Shown here: in pieces, positions 25,301-31,714 of the stretch
How positions within the stretch are numbered: the stretch's first letter is position 1
Layout of the letters: every line of letters begins with the position of its first letter
Assembly: GCA_964514965.1 (NCBI GenBank)
Contig: CAZETV010000002.1
Span: forward strand, 150,001-182,000
Origin: Candidatus Hadarchaeota archaeon
GTDB taxonomy: Archaea; Hadarchaeota; Hadarchaeia; Hadarchaeales; Hadarchaeaceae
DNA: 32,000 nt
Reading direction: 5' to 3'
Program-made: the position numbers and the translations under genes
Notes under the pieces: generated by a model
Database searches by the model: none
What the model was told of the DNA's origin: nothing
The model's input: only the letters and a program-made list of their open reading frames with translations

Positions 25301-25654
25301 CTTGAGCATCACTGGTAGCTCGCCAACATACACTTCTTCTGTGGGTTGTTCCTTTCCCTGTTTGATAAGATGTACATCAAGATAAATCGGCGCAGTGTAG
25401 CTGAGATTTCGCAATCTCGCCTCGCTAGGAAATATTTCTGGACGGGATCCATCGGCTTCCTTCACCGAGGGATTACCCAATCTCACCTTGCCAAACTTGA
25501 CATCGACGCCCGCGATATCGATATCTACGCCGCCTATTCCGTCGATGACACTCTGGATTCCATGATCGATGAATTCATTGTAGGAGTCTAGGTGCTGCCT
25601 TACAAGCCCCCTTTCCTTGAAGAAAGCCTCTACTAAAGGCCAAGTGTCCTGCAT
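22352..25654 (-). CDS. rpoB: DNA-directed RNA polymerase subunit B (undivided, 1100 aa)
   Basis: [61 protein letters not shown]; single uninterrupted ORF. Confidence 0.99.
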   Translation of the reverse strand: [1100 protein letters not shown]

Positions 25655-25662
25655 TATACCAC

Positions 25663-25902
25663 CTACTTAATCACGTACCTATACACGACGGCTTTCCCCG
25701 CTGTGGCACTGTTACGGGTGATTTCGAGCAAGTCTCCGGGCTTGGCCCCTATAGCTTTAGCGGCGGGGTCGGAACTTTTGATGAATGGGAGCTGGTGGGG
25801 AAAAATCTTGTAACGATCAAGAACCTCTTGCACTTTCTCTTTCGACAATATTTCATGTTTTGGCACGAGCACGTGCTGTCCAACGTCAATTTTGGCTGAC
25901 AT
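25663..25902 (-). CDS. rpoH: DNA-directed RNA polymerase subunit H
   Basis: DVGQHVLVPKHEILSKEKVQEVLDRYKIFPHQLPFIKSSDPAAKAIGAKPGDLLEITRNSATAGKAVVYRYVI. Confidence 0.97.
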   Translation of the reverse strand: MSAKIDVGQHVLVPKHEILSKEKVQEVLDRYKIFPHQLPFIKSSDPAAKAIGAKPGDLLEITRNSATAGKAVVYRYVIK

Positions 25903-25927
25903 ATTCTCCCCGCATACCGCCTCACAA

Positions 25928-26002
25928 CGGGCCCGGAGGGATTCGAACCCTCGACACCCGGCTTAAAAGGCCGGTGCGCTAGCCAGACTGCGCTACGGGC
26001 CC
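25928..26002 (-). tRNA. tRNA-Lys (anticodon UUU)
   Basis: GGGCCCG/CGGGCCC acceptor + G; D-arm GCGC...GCGC; anticodon arm CCGGC-CTTTTAA-GCCGG; T-arm GAGGG-TTCGAAT-CCCTC. Confidence 0.96.
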
Positions 26003-26039
26003 AAGAAAGCGGCTTGAACTCTCCTTTTATGCTTTTCGC

Positions 26040-26048
26040 TATTTAAAA
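26040..26048 (-). promoter_or_regulatory. Candidate TATA box for the tRNA-Lys/rpoH transcript
   Basis: Reverse-strand GATTTTAAATAG and, closer to the tRNA, AAAGCATAAAAGG lie upstream of the tRNA-Lys 5' end. Visual match only. Confidence 0.3.
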
Positions 26049-26151
26049 TCATCGGAAGCACATTTAAAACTTTCTAAATGATGGTACTGTTAACTTAATG
26101 GGGCCCAACCACAACCTTTTACGATTTTTGATTTCTTGCCGTGGGCCTTCT

Positions 26152-26709
26152 CTAGACTAAATGTTCAATCAGTATTTTTATTCCGATACCAATTAAAATA
26201 AGACCTCCTATAATTTCAATTTTATTCCCAAAAAGGTGCCTAAAGCTATTCCCAGCAAAAACACCGAGAAACGACAACAGAAATGTTACAATCCCAACTA
26301 CGATTATTGAGACCACGATAAGAATTTTTAAAAATGCAAAGCTTACTCCAACAACCAAAGCGTCAATACTTGTAGCAACGGATAATACCAACAAAACATG
26401 AACATTCATTGGGTTGGTTTCTTTTTTGCTTGATTCTGTCTTAATTGACTCATGAATCATTTTACAACCAACCAGACTCAGAAGTCCAAAAGCTATCCAA
26501 TGGTCAAACCCTGTAATGAAATCTTTCAGGCCAGAACCAGCTAACCACCCTATTAACAACATGACAGCCTGAAATAACCCAAAAAATATTGCGATTTTCA
26601 AGGCATTATTGATTCTCGGGTGTTTTATTGTTGTTCCGCTTGTGATGGATACGGCAAAAGCATCCATTGCCAATCCAAACGCTACTACAAATATTGTGAT
26701 CATATCCAT
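26152..26709 (-). CDS. mntP: MntP-family (YebN-like) manganese efflux pump
   Basis: VAFGLAMDAFAVSITSGTTIKHPRINNALKIAIFFGLFQAVMLLIGWLAGSG...SVATSIDALVVGVSFAFL; six-helix membrane protein with paired acidic motifs (MDAF/IDAL). Confidence 0.9.
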   Translation of the reverse strand: MDMITIFVVAFGLAMDAFAVSITSGTTIKHPRINNALKIAIFFGLFQAVMLLIGWLAGSGLKDFITGFDHWIAFGLLSLVGCKMIHESIKTESSKKETNPMNVHVLLVLSVATSIDALVVGVSFAFLKILIVVSIIVVGIVTFLLSFLGVFAGNSFRHLFGNKIEIIGGLILIGIGIKILIEHLV

Positions 26710-26804
26710 TCGATATCACTTTGTATGAAGTTTATTGCCTAACATACCCCGCTTTTTACATTAAGGCATTGTGTCGGCCAAATAATTTAACAATGCATTA
26801 AATT

Positions 26805-26851
26805 GAGATGCCTTGGCCTAGATTTGAATCCGAAGCGCAGGCTCGACAGGC
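26805..26851 (-). repeat. Degenerate partial copy of the 3' half of tRNA-Asp, direct repeat of 27987..28033
   Basis: Plus-strand gagatgccttggcctagatttgaatccgaagcgcaggctcgacaggc against gagacgccctggccgggatttgaacccgaggcgcaggctcgacaggc: 41/47 identical. Homology runs from the anticodon loop through the 3' end plus 4 flanking nt. Confidence 0.85.
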
Positions 26852-26959
26852 AAAATTATTCTAGTGGCGGGAAAAGTTCCCTAATAAGACATTAAGGAAA
26901 GTTTTGACGCTCCACAAAGCAAGTAGAGCACATAAATTCTTTGCGATATATTTCGAATT

Positions 26960-27814
26960 TTAACCTTCCCAAGCTGCCCACTTTTTAAAAATCTTTTCTT
27001 GGGATTCGACAGCCTCAGATAAATTGAATGGACTTTCGACGTTTCCAATTTCTCCTTTAACGGGGATGAAAATTTTGGTCTTAGGATTTTTGAAAGGGCA
27101 AGGCGGATAATGAGGGTGTTGCTTTCCCTTCCTCACCCCGGTTACATCGCTTTCGGGACAAACACCTCTCATGAAACCTCGACATCCAATCAATCCTCTC
27201 GAGATCGGTAGTTGCTCAAGCAGGGCAAGATACATTTGCGCTGCTAAGCATCTGAACTCCGGAGACGTCCTGACACAAAGACGCAAGCCCAGCAAATTCA
27301 ATAGAGACCGCAAATTTATCGTGACATGATAAATCCCAACTGCCTGAGAGAACGGCAGGGTGTACCTCGCCGACTCCCTCGGTACCCCCCGCTCTAGAAG
27401 TTTCTCATAAATTTCTATCCCCTGCGAAATGCTTTTCCAAAATTCCTGCCTTATCGTATCTCCCTCGTCTAACTTCAGTAAATCCCAAGGCAAAATTACT
27501 TCGTAAACCGGCCGCTCCTTTTCTATCCCCTCGTCTGCTTTGATGTACCTAGTCGAATAACCGCTGTGGCTAGTCATCCTGTGCTCCAAAAACTCCGGGG
27601 CATTTCCTTTAGTCATTTTTAAATCGAATTTTATGATTATGTGTTCTAACGCTGAACTATAATCGTTTCTAACTATCATTTTAAAGATATCTTCGTCAAG
27701 AACTACCGGTGGAACCCCCGAGACTCTTGCTGAATAAGCCACTTCTTTCCAAGCGTTTTTTCCTCCCACTACCTCAAAATTCCAAATTTGAGGTTTCACC
27801 ACTTCTATTTCCAT
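26960..27814 (-). CDS. thyX: Flavin-dependent thymidylate synthase ThyX, divergent
   Basis: ThyX-like signature EHRMTSHSGYSTRY (consensus RHRxxSxNxxSxR) plus RESARYTLPFSQAVGIYHVTINLRSLLNLLGLRL. Confidence 0.88.
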   Translation of the reverse strand: MEIEVVKPQIWNFEVVGGKNAWKEVAYSARVSGVPPVVLDEDIFKMIVRNDYSSALEHIIIKFDLKMTKGNAPEFLEHRMTSHSGYSTRYIKADEGIEKERPVYEVILPWDLLKLDEGDTIRQEFWKSISQGIEIYEKLLERGVPRESARYTLPFSQAVGIYHVTINLRSLLNLLGLRLCVRTSPEFRCLAAQMYLALLEQLPISRGLIGCRGFMRGVCPESDVTGVRKGKQHPHYPPCPFKNPKTKIFIPVKGEIGNVESPFNLSEAVESQEKIFKKWAAWEG

Positions 27815-27990
27815 CTAAATCACCAACGAAACTGATGTCCCAATATTTGTGTATGTTATGATTCCACCACAATTTAATAGTTTTTCTACGAGGTATAAAA
27901 ATTAATAATTGACAGTTTTGTGAGAGGCCCTCCCCAATCCGTGAGTACAGGCAAAAATGAAAACCAAAAAATTTGTGCCTTTTTGCGAGA

Positions 27991-28065
27991 CGCCCTGGCC
28001 GGGATTTGAACCCGAGGCGCAGGCTCGACAGGCCTGCATGCTAGACCGGTCTACACCACCAGGGC
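27991..28065 (-). tRNA. tRNA-Asp (anticodon GUC)
   Basis: Acceptor GCCCTGG/CCAGGGC + G; anticodon arm CAGGC-CTGTCGA-GCCTG; T-arm TCGGG-TTCAAAT-CCCGG. No encoded CCA. Confidence 0.95.
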
Positions 28066-28106
28066 CCAAACAAAAATGATTCGCGCCAATAATAAGTTTA
28101 TCCAAG

Positions 28107-28232
28107 TGGACTGGCAGCGTCTCGGAGTTCCCCTTGGCTCTCGCACAAGAGTACAGTCCGAATCGCTGGCAGGCTTAACTTCCGGGGTCTGACGAGACCG
28201 GGTGTTGCCCCACCGCTATGACCGCCAGTCCA
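28107..28232 (-). rRNA. rrf: 5S ribosomal RNA
   Basis: Reverse strand TGGACTGGCGGTCATAGCGGTGGGGCAACACCC...CCCCGGAAGTTAAGCCTGCCAGCG...; closing 9-bp helix TGGACTGGC/GCCAGTCCA; CGGAAGTTAAG core conserved. Confidence 0.93.
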
Positions 28233-28287
28233 GTTAATCTTTGAGTTTGTAATTAAAAAGCTTGTTTAAGTGGTCCCGCGGGCCGGA

Positions 28288-28307
28288 TTTTCAGCAGATT
28301 TGCCGCA
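28288..28307 (-). other. Putative tRNA-Tyr intron 3 (20 nt, T-loop, position 59/60)
   Basis: TGCGGCAAATCTGCTGAAAA. Strict bulge-helix-bulge: GCCGG/CCGGC, TTCA/TGAA, bulges AAT and AAT, distal stem GCGG/CTGC with loop CAAAT. Splicing restores TTCAAAT. Confidence 0.82.
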
Positions 28308-28329
28308 TTTGAACCGGCAACATGTCGGT

Positions 28330-28341
28330 TTCGGCTTGGGT
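28330..28341 (-). other. Putative tRNA-Tyr intron 2 (12 nt, canonical position 37/38)
   Basis: ACCCAAGCCGAA; inferred from the remaining length after intron 1 removal. The fold is weak (one mismatch in the central helix, no distal stem). Confidence 0.5.
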
Positions 28342-28343
28342 CT

Positions 28344-28362
28344 TTGGCCCGCCTCTCGGCGA
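28344..28362 (-). other. Putative tRNA-Tyr intron 1 (19 nt, between positions 35 and 36)
   Basis: TCGCCGAGAGGCGGGCCAA. Bulge-helix-bulge: GGTC/GACC, GGCT/GGCC (one G-U), bulges GTT and AAA, distal stem CGCC-GAGA-GGCG. Confidence 0.7.
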
Positions 28363-28494
28363 ACAGCCGACCACTCTACCAAACTGAGTTACCGCGGGGC
28401 CAAGTTAAAATTGGGATTTATGAACTCTTAAGGTTTCACCCAAGAAACTCGTGCAACCTGCGGATAGCACTCAACTTTTCCTTCCGATCAATCT

Positions 28495-29541
28495 TTACCT
28501 CTTGGACAGCACTTTGGAGGATTTCGATTGTTTTTTGATAGGTTCTCCTATCCACCGGATACGGAATTCCATCTTTTCCCCGTGTGCGAAAGAAAAGCGC
28601 GCCGGGTCTTCCCATGAAGGTGATTTACCGTAAATCAAGTCAGAAACAAGGGCAAGGGCCCGCACAGCTTTTGGTCCGATCCCTCCGATGGCGACCAGCT
28701 CCTCGTAGCTTTCGGGTTGGAACTCATAGGCTTTGAGAAGCGCCGTCATCGTCCGATCGGTGAACTCTGAAATAGTGTGCTGAGTTGGCATGATGAGGGT
28801 ACGCACTTTGGGCGAGTGCATTAGGTATTCATCGAGCGATCGTTGTTCTGCTTCTCGAACATAACTCCCCAACCGCTTTGGATTGTCACGCACGAAGTCT
28901 AAACTAGATTTTCTCGCTTCATCGCTCTCGCGCGCAGTCATGTCGAGAACCACTTTCTCCCGGCGATCACCTACAATACCCGAGTGCGGCTCTTCAACGA
29001 AACTTTGGACACCCTCGGAAAGCCAGTGGTAGCGCCTAGCCAACTGCTCATGCATTCCCTGCTGCACCACGGCCCAATCCCCATCTTCGCTGAGCACGAA
29101 AACATGATGATATAGCTGGTATCCGTCTTGCACACAAGCGTTGTCGACCTTTGCTGTCATCTTGCTCGCGTACTTGAGAAATTCAATTTTTCTGGAGGAG
29201 AGAGAAAAAACATCCGCGAGTTTTTGAATTTCGTTCGGCGTTCGCTTTGAAACCTTACCTTTCCCCCCGCAGACCGCGATGCCGAACTCTGTTTTTATCG
29301 CCTCCTTCAACGCACCACACACGGTAGTGGTCAATCCCGATGAATGCCAGTCAAACCCGAGCGTGCATCCCAAAGCTTGAAAAAAGAAAGGATCGCTTAT
29401 CCTTTTGAGTAATTCCTTTCTCCCGTATTCGTGCACGATTATCTCTGCTATTGCTCCACCCAAAAGCTTCATCCGACTGAACAACCAAGGTGGACATCTA
29501 CCACCGTGCAAAGGCAGCTCAGCAACACCAACTCGTTTCAT
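28495..29541 (-). CDS. DUF763 family protein with C-terminal helix-hairpin-helix-like motif
   Basis: MKRVGVAELPLHGGRCPPWLFSRMKLLGGAIAEIIVHEYG N-terminal family signature; YEELVAIGGIGPKAVRALALVSDLIYG resembles HhH. Confidence 0.85.
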   Translation of the reverse strand: MKRVGVAELPLHGGRCPPWLFSRMKLLGGAIAEIIVHEYGRKELLKRISDPFFFQALGCTLGFDWHSSGLTTTVCGALKEAIKTEFGIAVCGGKGKVSKRTPNEIQKLADVFSLSSRKIEFLKYASKMTAKVDNACVQDGYQLYHHVFVLSEDGDWAVVQQGMHEQLARRYHWLSEGVQSFVEEPHSGIVGDRREKVVLDMTARESDEARKSSLDFVRDNPKRLGSYVREAEQRSLDEYLMHSPKVRTLIMPTQHTISEFTDRTMTALLKAYEFQPESYEELVAIGGIGPKAVRALALVSDLIYGKSPSWEDPARFSFAHGEKMEFRIRWIGEPIKKQSKSSKVLSKR

Positions 29542-29606
29542 CGAGATAAATTTGTTCTTTAAACAGGATTAAACCTAGCCCCAGCTAAACCGCCTAAAAA
29601 CCGAAC

Positions 29607-29635
29607 CAAAAAATCTCGGAAGCAAGCAGCCGAGA
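29607..29635 (-). terminator. Candidate terminator after the 71-aa gene
   Basis: Reverse-strand TCTCGG-ctgcttgctt-CCGAGA followed directly by TTTTTT. Confidence 0.35.
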
Positions 29636-29636
29636 G

Positions 29637-29852
29637 TCATTTTGTTAAGTAATAGCCCGCAGCCTTCTCACGAGCCACGCGCTTCGCATACTTTTTCGTG
29701 ACGAGTTCCGTCAGTGCATTGTTTGCCATCCCTTTCGGTAGGCGAGCTATACGCATTACATCATCGGCAGTCTTTAGAGAGTCAGGGCTCGTGGCGCTAA
29801 TTCGTTTCAGCGCATCATACACTTTTTGGGCATTTGGTGTTAAATCAGCCAT
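29637..29852 (-). CDS. Small (71 aa) winged-helix-like conserved protein
   Basis: MADLTPNAQKVYDALKRISATSPDSLKTADDVMRIARLPKGMANNALTELVTKKYAKRVAREKAAGYYLTK; helix-turn-helix-like pattern, tight spacing after nadC. Confidence 0.65.
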   Translation of the reverse strand: MADLTPNAQKVYDALKRISATSPDSLKTADDVMRIARLPKGMANNALTELVTKKYAKRVAREKAAGYYLTK

Positions 29853-29856
29853 GTGA

Positions 29857-30747
29857 TTACCTCAATTTTTGATTTCTCCTGTTTGCGGCGAGCTTAAAAT
29901 CCTTGCTTTTTATCTCTAATCGCATGTCCAACGCGGGGGCCCGCATGGTAATGTAACTCGATGATACCACATCCACACCGGTCGCCACGTAGCTCTCCAC
30001 ATTTGATAGGTCGATCCCTCCCGAAGCTTCAAGGATGACCCTGTCCCGCAGCCCTCCTCGCTTAAGTATCTTTATCGCGCGTATGATGTTTGCAGGCTTC
30101 ATGTTGTCGAACATCACCATGTCCGCACCTGCACGAGCGGCTTCATATGCATCATCCGGATTGTTTACTTCAACTTCCAACTTTTCCACTTGGCTGTCTT
30201 CACGCGCTTGGAGGACTGCCTTACTCACCGAACCGACCAGCCTGAGATGGTTACCCTTGATTAGGATATGGTCGCTGAGTTTGTATCGATGGGGCTTACC
30301 CCCGGCAACCTGAACTGCGCGCTTGTCAAAGTAGGTCAAGAGCGGAGCGGTCTTCCGTGTAGCCGCTATCACAATATCCGAATTTTTCTTCTTAGCCCGA
30401 TCGATGAGTTGCCGCGTCGCCGTTGCGATGCCGCTCATGCGCATCAACAAATTAAGCGCCACCCGCTCAACCGCGAGGATACCCATGGCTGGGCCCTTGA
30501 GGCGAAGAATCACATCCCCAGTCTTAATTTGTTGCCCATCGGACTTGAGGGCTTTAGTTTGTACCCCAGCTTCATCAAATGCCACCATAGCCTCGTTTAT
30601 CCCAGCTAACACCCCTGACTGCTTGGCGATAATTTTGGCCTTAGTTTTGTATTTAGGTGGGAGTAGAGCTTTGGATGTTACATCGCCAGAACCTATATCC
30701 TCCACTAACATTTCGCGGATTTTTTTCCTTACAAATACTCTAGTCAC
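29857..30747 (-). CDS. nadC: Nicotinate-nucleotide pyrophosphorylase (quinolinate phosphoribosyltransferase)
   Basis: EDIGSGDVTSKALL; ATRKTAPLLTYFDKRAVQVAGGKPHRYKLSDHILIKGNHL; VMFDNMKP; VILEASGGIDLSNV. Confidence 0.97.
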   Translation of the reverse strand: MTRVFVRKKIREMLVEDIGSGDVTSKALLPPKYKTKAKIIAKQSGVLAGINEAMVAFDEAGVQTKALKSDGQQIKTGDVILRLKGPAMGILAVERVALNLLMRMSGIATATRQLIDRAKKKNSDIVIAATRKTAPLLTYFDKRAVQVAGGKPHRYKLSDHILIKGNHLRLVGSVSKAVLQAREDSQVEKLEVEVNNPDDAYEAARAGADMVMFDNMKPANIIRAIKILKRGGLRDRVILEASGGIDLSNVESYVATGVDVVSSSYITMRAPALDMRLEIKSKDFKLAANRRNQKLR

Positions 30748-31696
30748 TGGTGGCCCTCCCTGAAATCTCGAGCATGCGTTCAGTGGCTGCGCGCGCCTTG
30801 GTAGCTATATCCGGTGGCACGCGTACCACATGCTTCTTATCGCGCAAGGCGAGGTAAAGTTTTTCGAGGGTGTGTTTTTTCATTTGTTCGCACCTCGCCG
30901 TCTCAAGCGCAGAGATGAACTCCTTGTCGGGAAATTCACGTCGGAGCCGCTCGACTAATCCAATCTCAGTGGCGATGATAAATCGCTTGGATGGCGATGC
31001 CTTGGCTCGAAGTAACATCTGGCTTGTGCTGCAAATGTGTGAGGCGAGCTTCTGGACCTCGGGGTCGCACTCTGGGTGCACCAGCACTTCAGCATCGGGG
31101 GAGCGCTCCTTCAGCAACATAACATCGGCTGGAGAGAACATCCGGTGCACATAGCAGTAACCACGGTCAGGGAGCGGAATGATTTTTTTGTCGCTGCGCT
31201 GCTGCACGAACCAAGCGAGATTTCGATCTGGGCCGAATAGAATTTCACTTTCGTCAAGAGCGTTGACTATAAGCGGAGCGTTCGCCGAGGTGCAGGTGAT
31301 GTCTGCCTCAGCCCTAGCCTCGGCCAACGTATTGATGTAAAGCACCACGGCAGCATCGGGATTCTCTCGCTTTGCTTCACGTACGAGCTGCGCCGGAAGT
31401 TGGGCCGCCATGGGGCATCGAGCTTCTGGATCCGGGATCAACACTGTTTTATCGGGGTTCAGAATTGCCGCGGTTTCCGCCATGAAATCGACCCCACAGA
31501 ATACGATGAGGTCGACGTTGACTTTCGCGGAGTATCTAGCCAGATCGAGCGAGTCCCCTATGTAATCAGCGAGGAGTTGAATTTCCTCCCGCTGGTAGTT
31601 GTGAGCGAGGATAATTGCGTTGCGCTCGCTCTTCAACTTCAGGATGGCCTCTTTCAGATGCTCGGATTTCATAATCGAGTCCTCAAGATTAGGCAA
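30740..31696 (-). CDS. nadA: Quinolinate synthase A
   Basis: NAIILAHNYQREEIQLLADYIGDSLDLA; VDLIVFCGVDFMAETAAILNPDKTVLIPD; HPECDPEVQKLA; EIGLVERLRREFP; conserved cysteines. Start may be the internal MKSEHL. Confidence 0.96.
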   Translation of the reverse strand: MPNLEDSIMKSEHLKEAILKLKSERNAIILAHNYQREEIQLLADYIGDSLDLARYSAKVNVDLIVFCGVDFMAETAAILNPDKTVLIPDPEARCPMAAQLPAQLVREAKRENPDAAVVLYINTLAEARAEADITCTSANAPLIVNALDESEILFGPDRNLAWFVQQRSDKKIIPLPDRGYCYVHRMFSPADVMLLKERSPDAEVLVHPECDPEVQKLASHICSTSQMLLRAKASPSKRFIIATEIGLVERLRREFPDKEFISALETARCEQMKKHTLEKLYLALRDKKHVVRVPPDIATKARAATERMLEISGRATSD

Positions 31697-31714
31697 TATT
31701 CACAATTTATAAAG

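Larger units (their letters stand above)
28271..28398 (-). tRNA. tRNA-Tyr (anticodon GUA after splicing) with three putative introns; CCA encoded
   Basis: Acceptor CCCGCGG/CCGCGGG with C1:G72, discriminator A, CCA. D-arm ACTC-AGTTTGGTA-GAGT, anticodon stem GTCGG/CCGAC, variable ATGTT, T-stem GCCGG/CCGGC. Removing 19+12+20 nt gives a 77-nt tRNA with loop CTGTAGA. Confidence 0.85.

Noticed and set aside
26805-26851. Second functional tRNA gene
   Set aside because: Lacks the 5' half, D-arm and matching acceptor strand; only the 3' half is present.
28271-28398. tRNA-Asn(GUU) reading of the intron-bearing tRNA
   Set aside because: C1:G72 and the T-arm/3' end match archaeal tRNA-Tyr, and Asn would need A37. 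The GTT triplet is disrupted by a well-folded intron.
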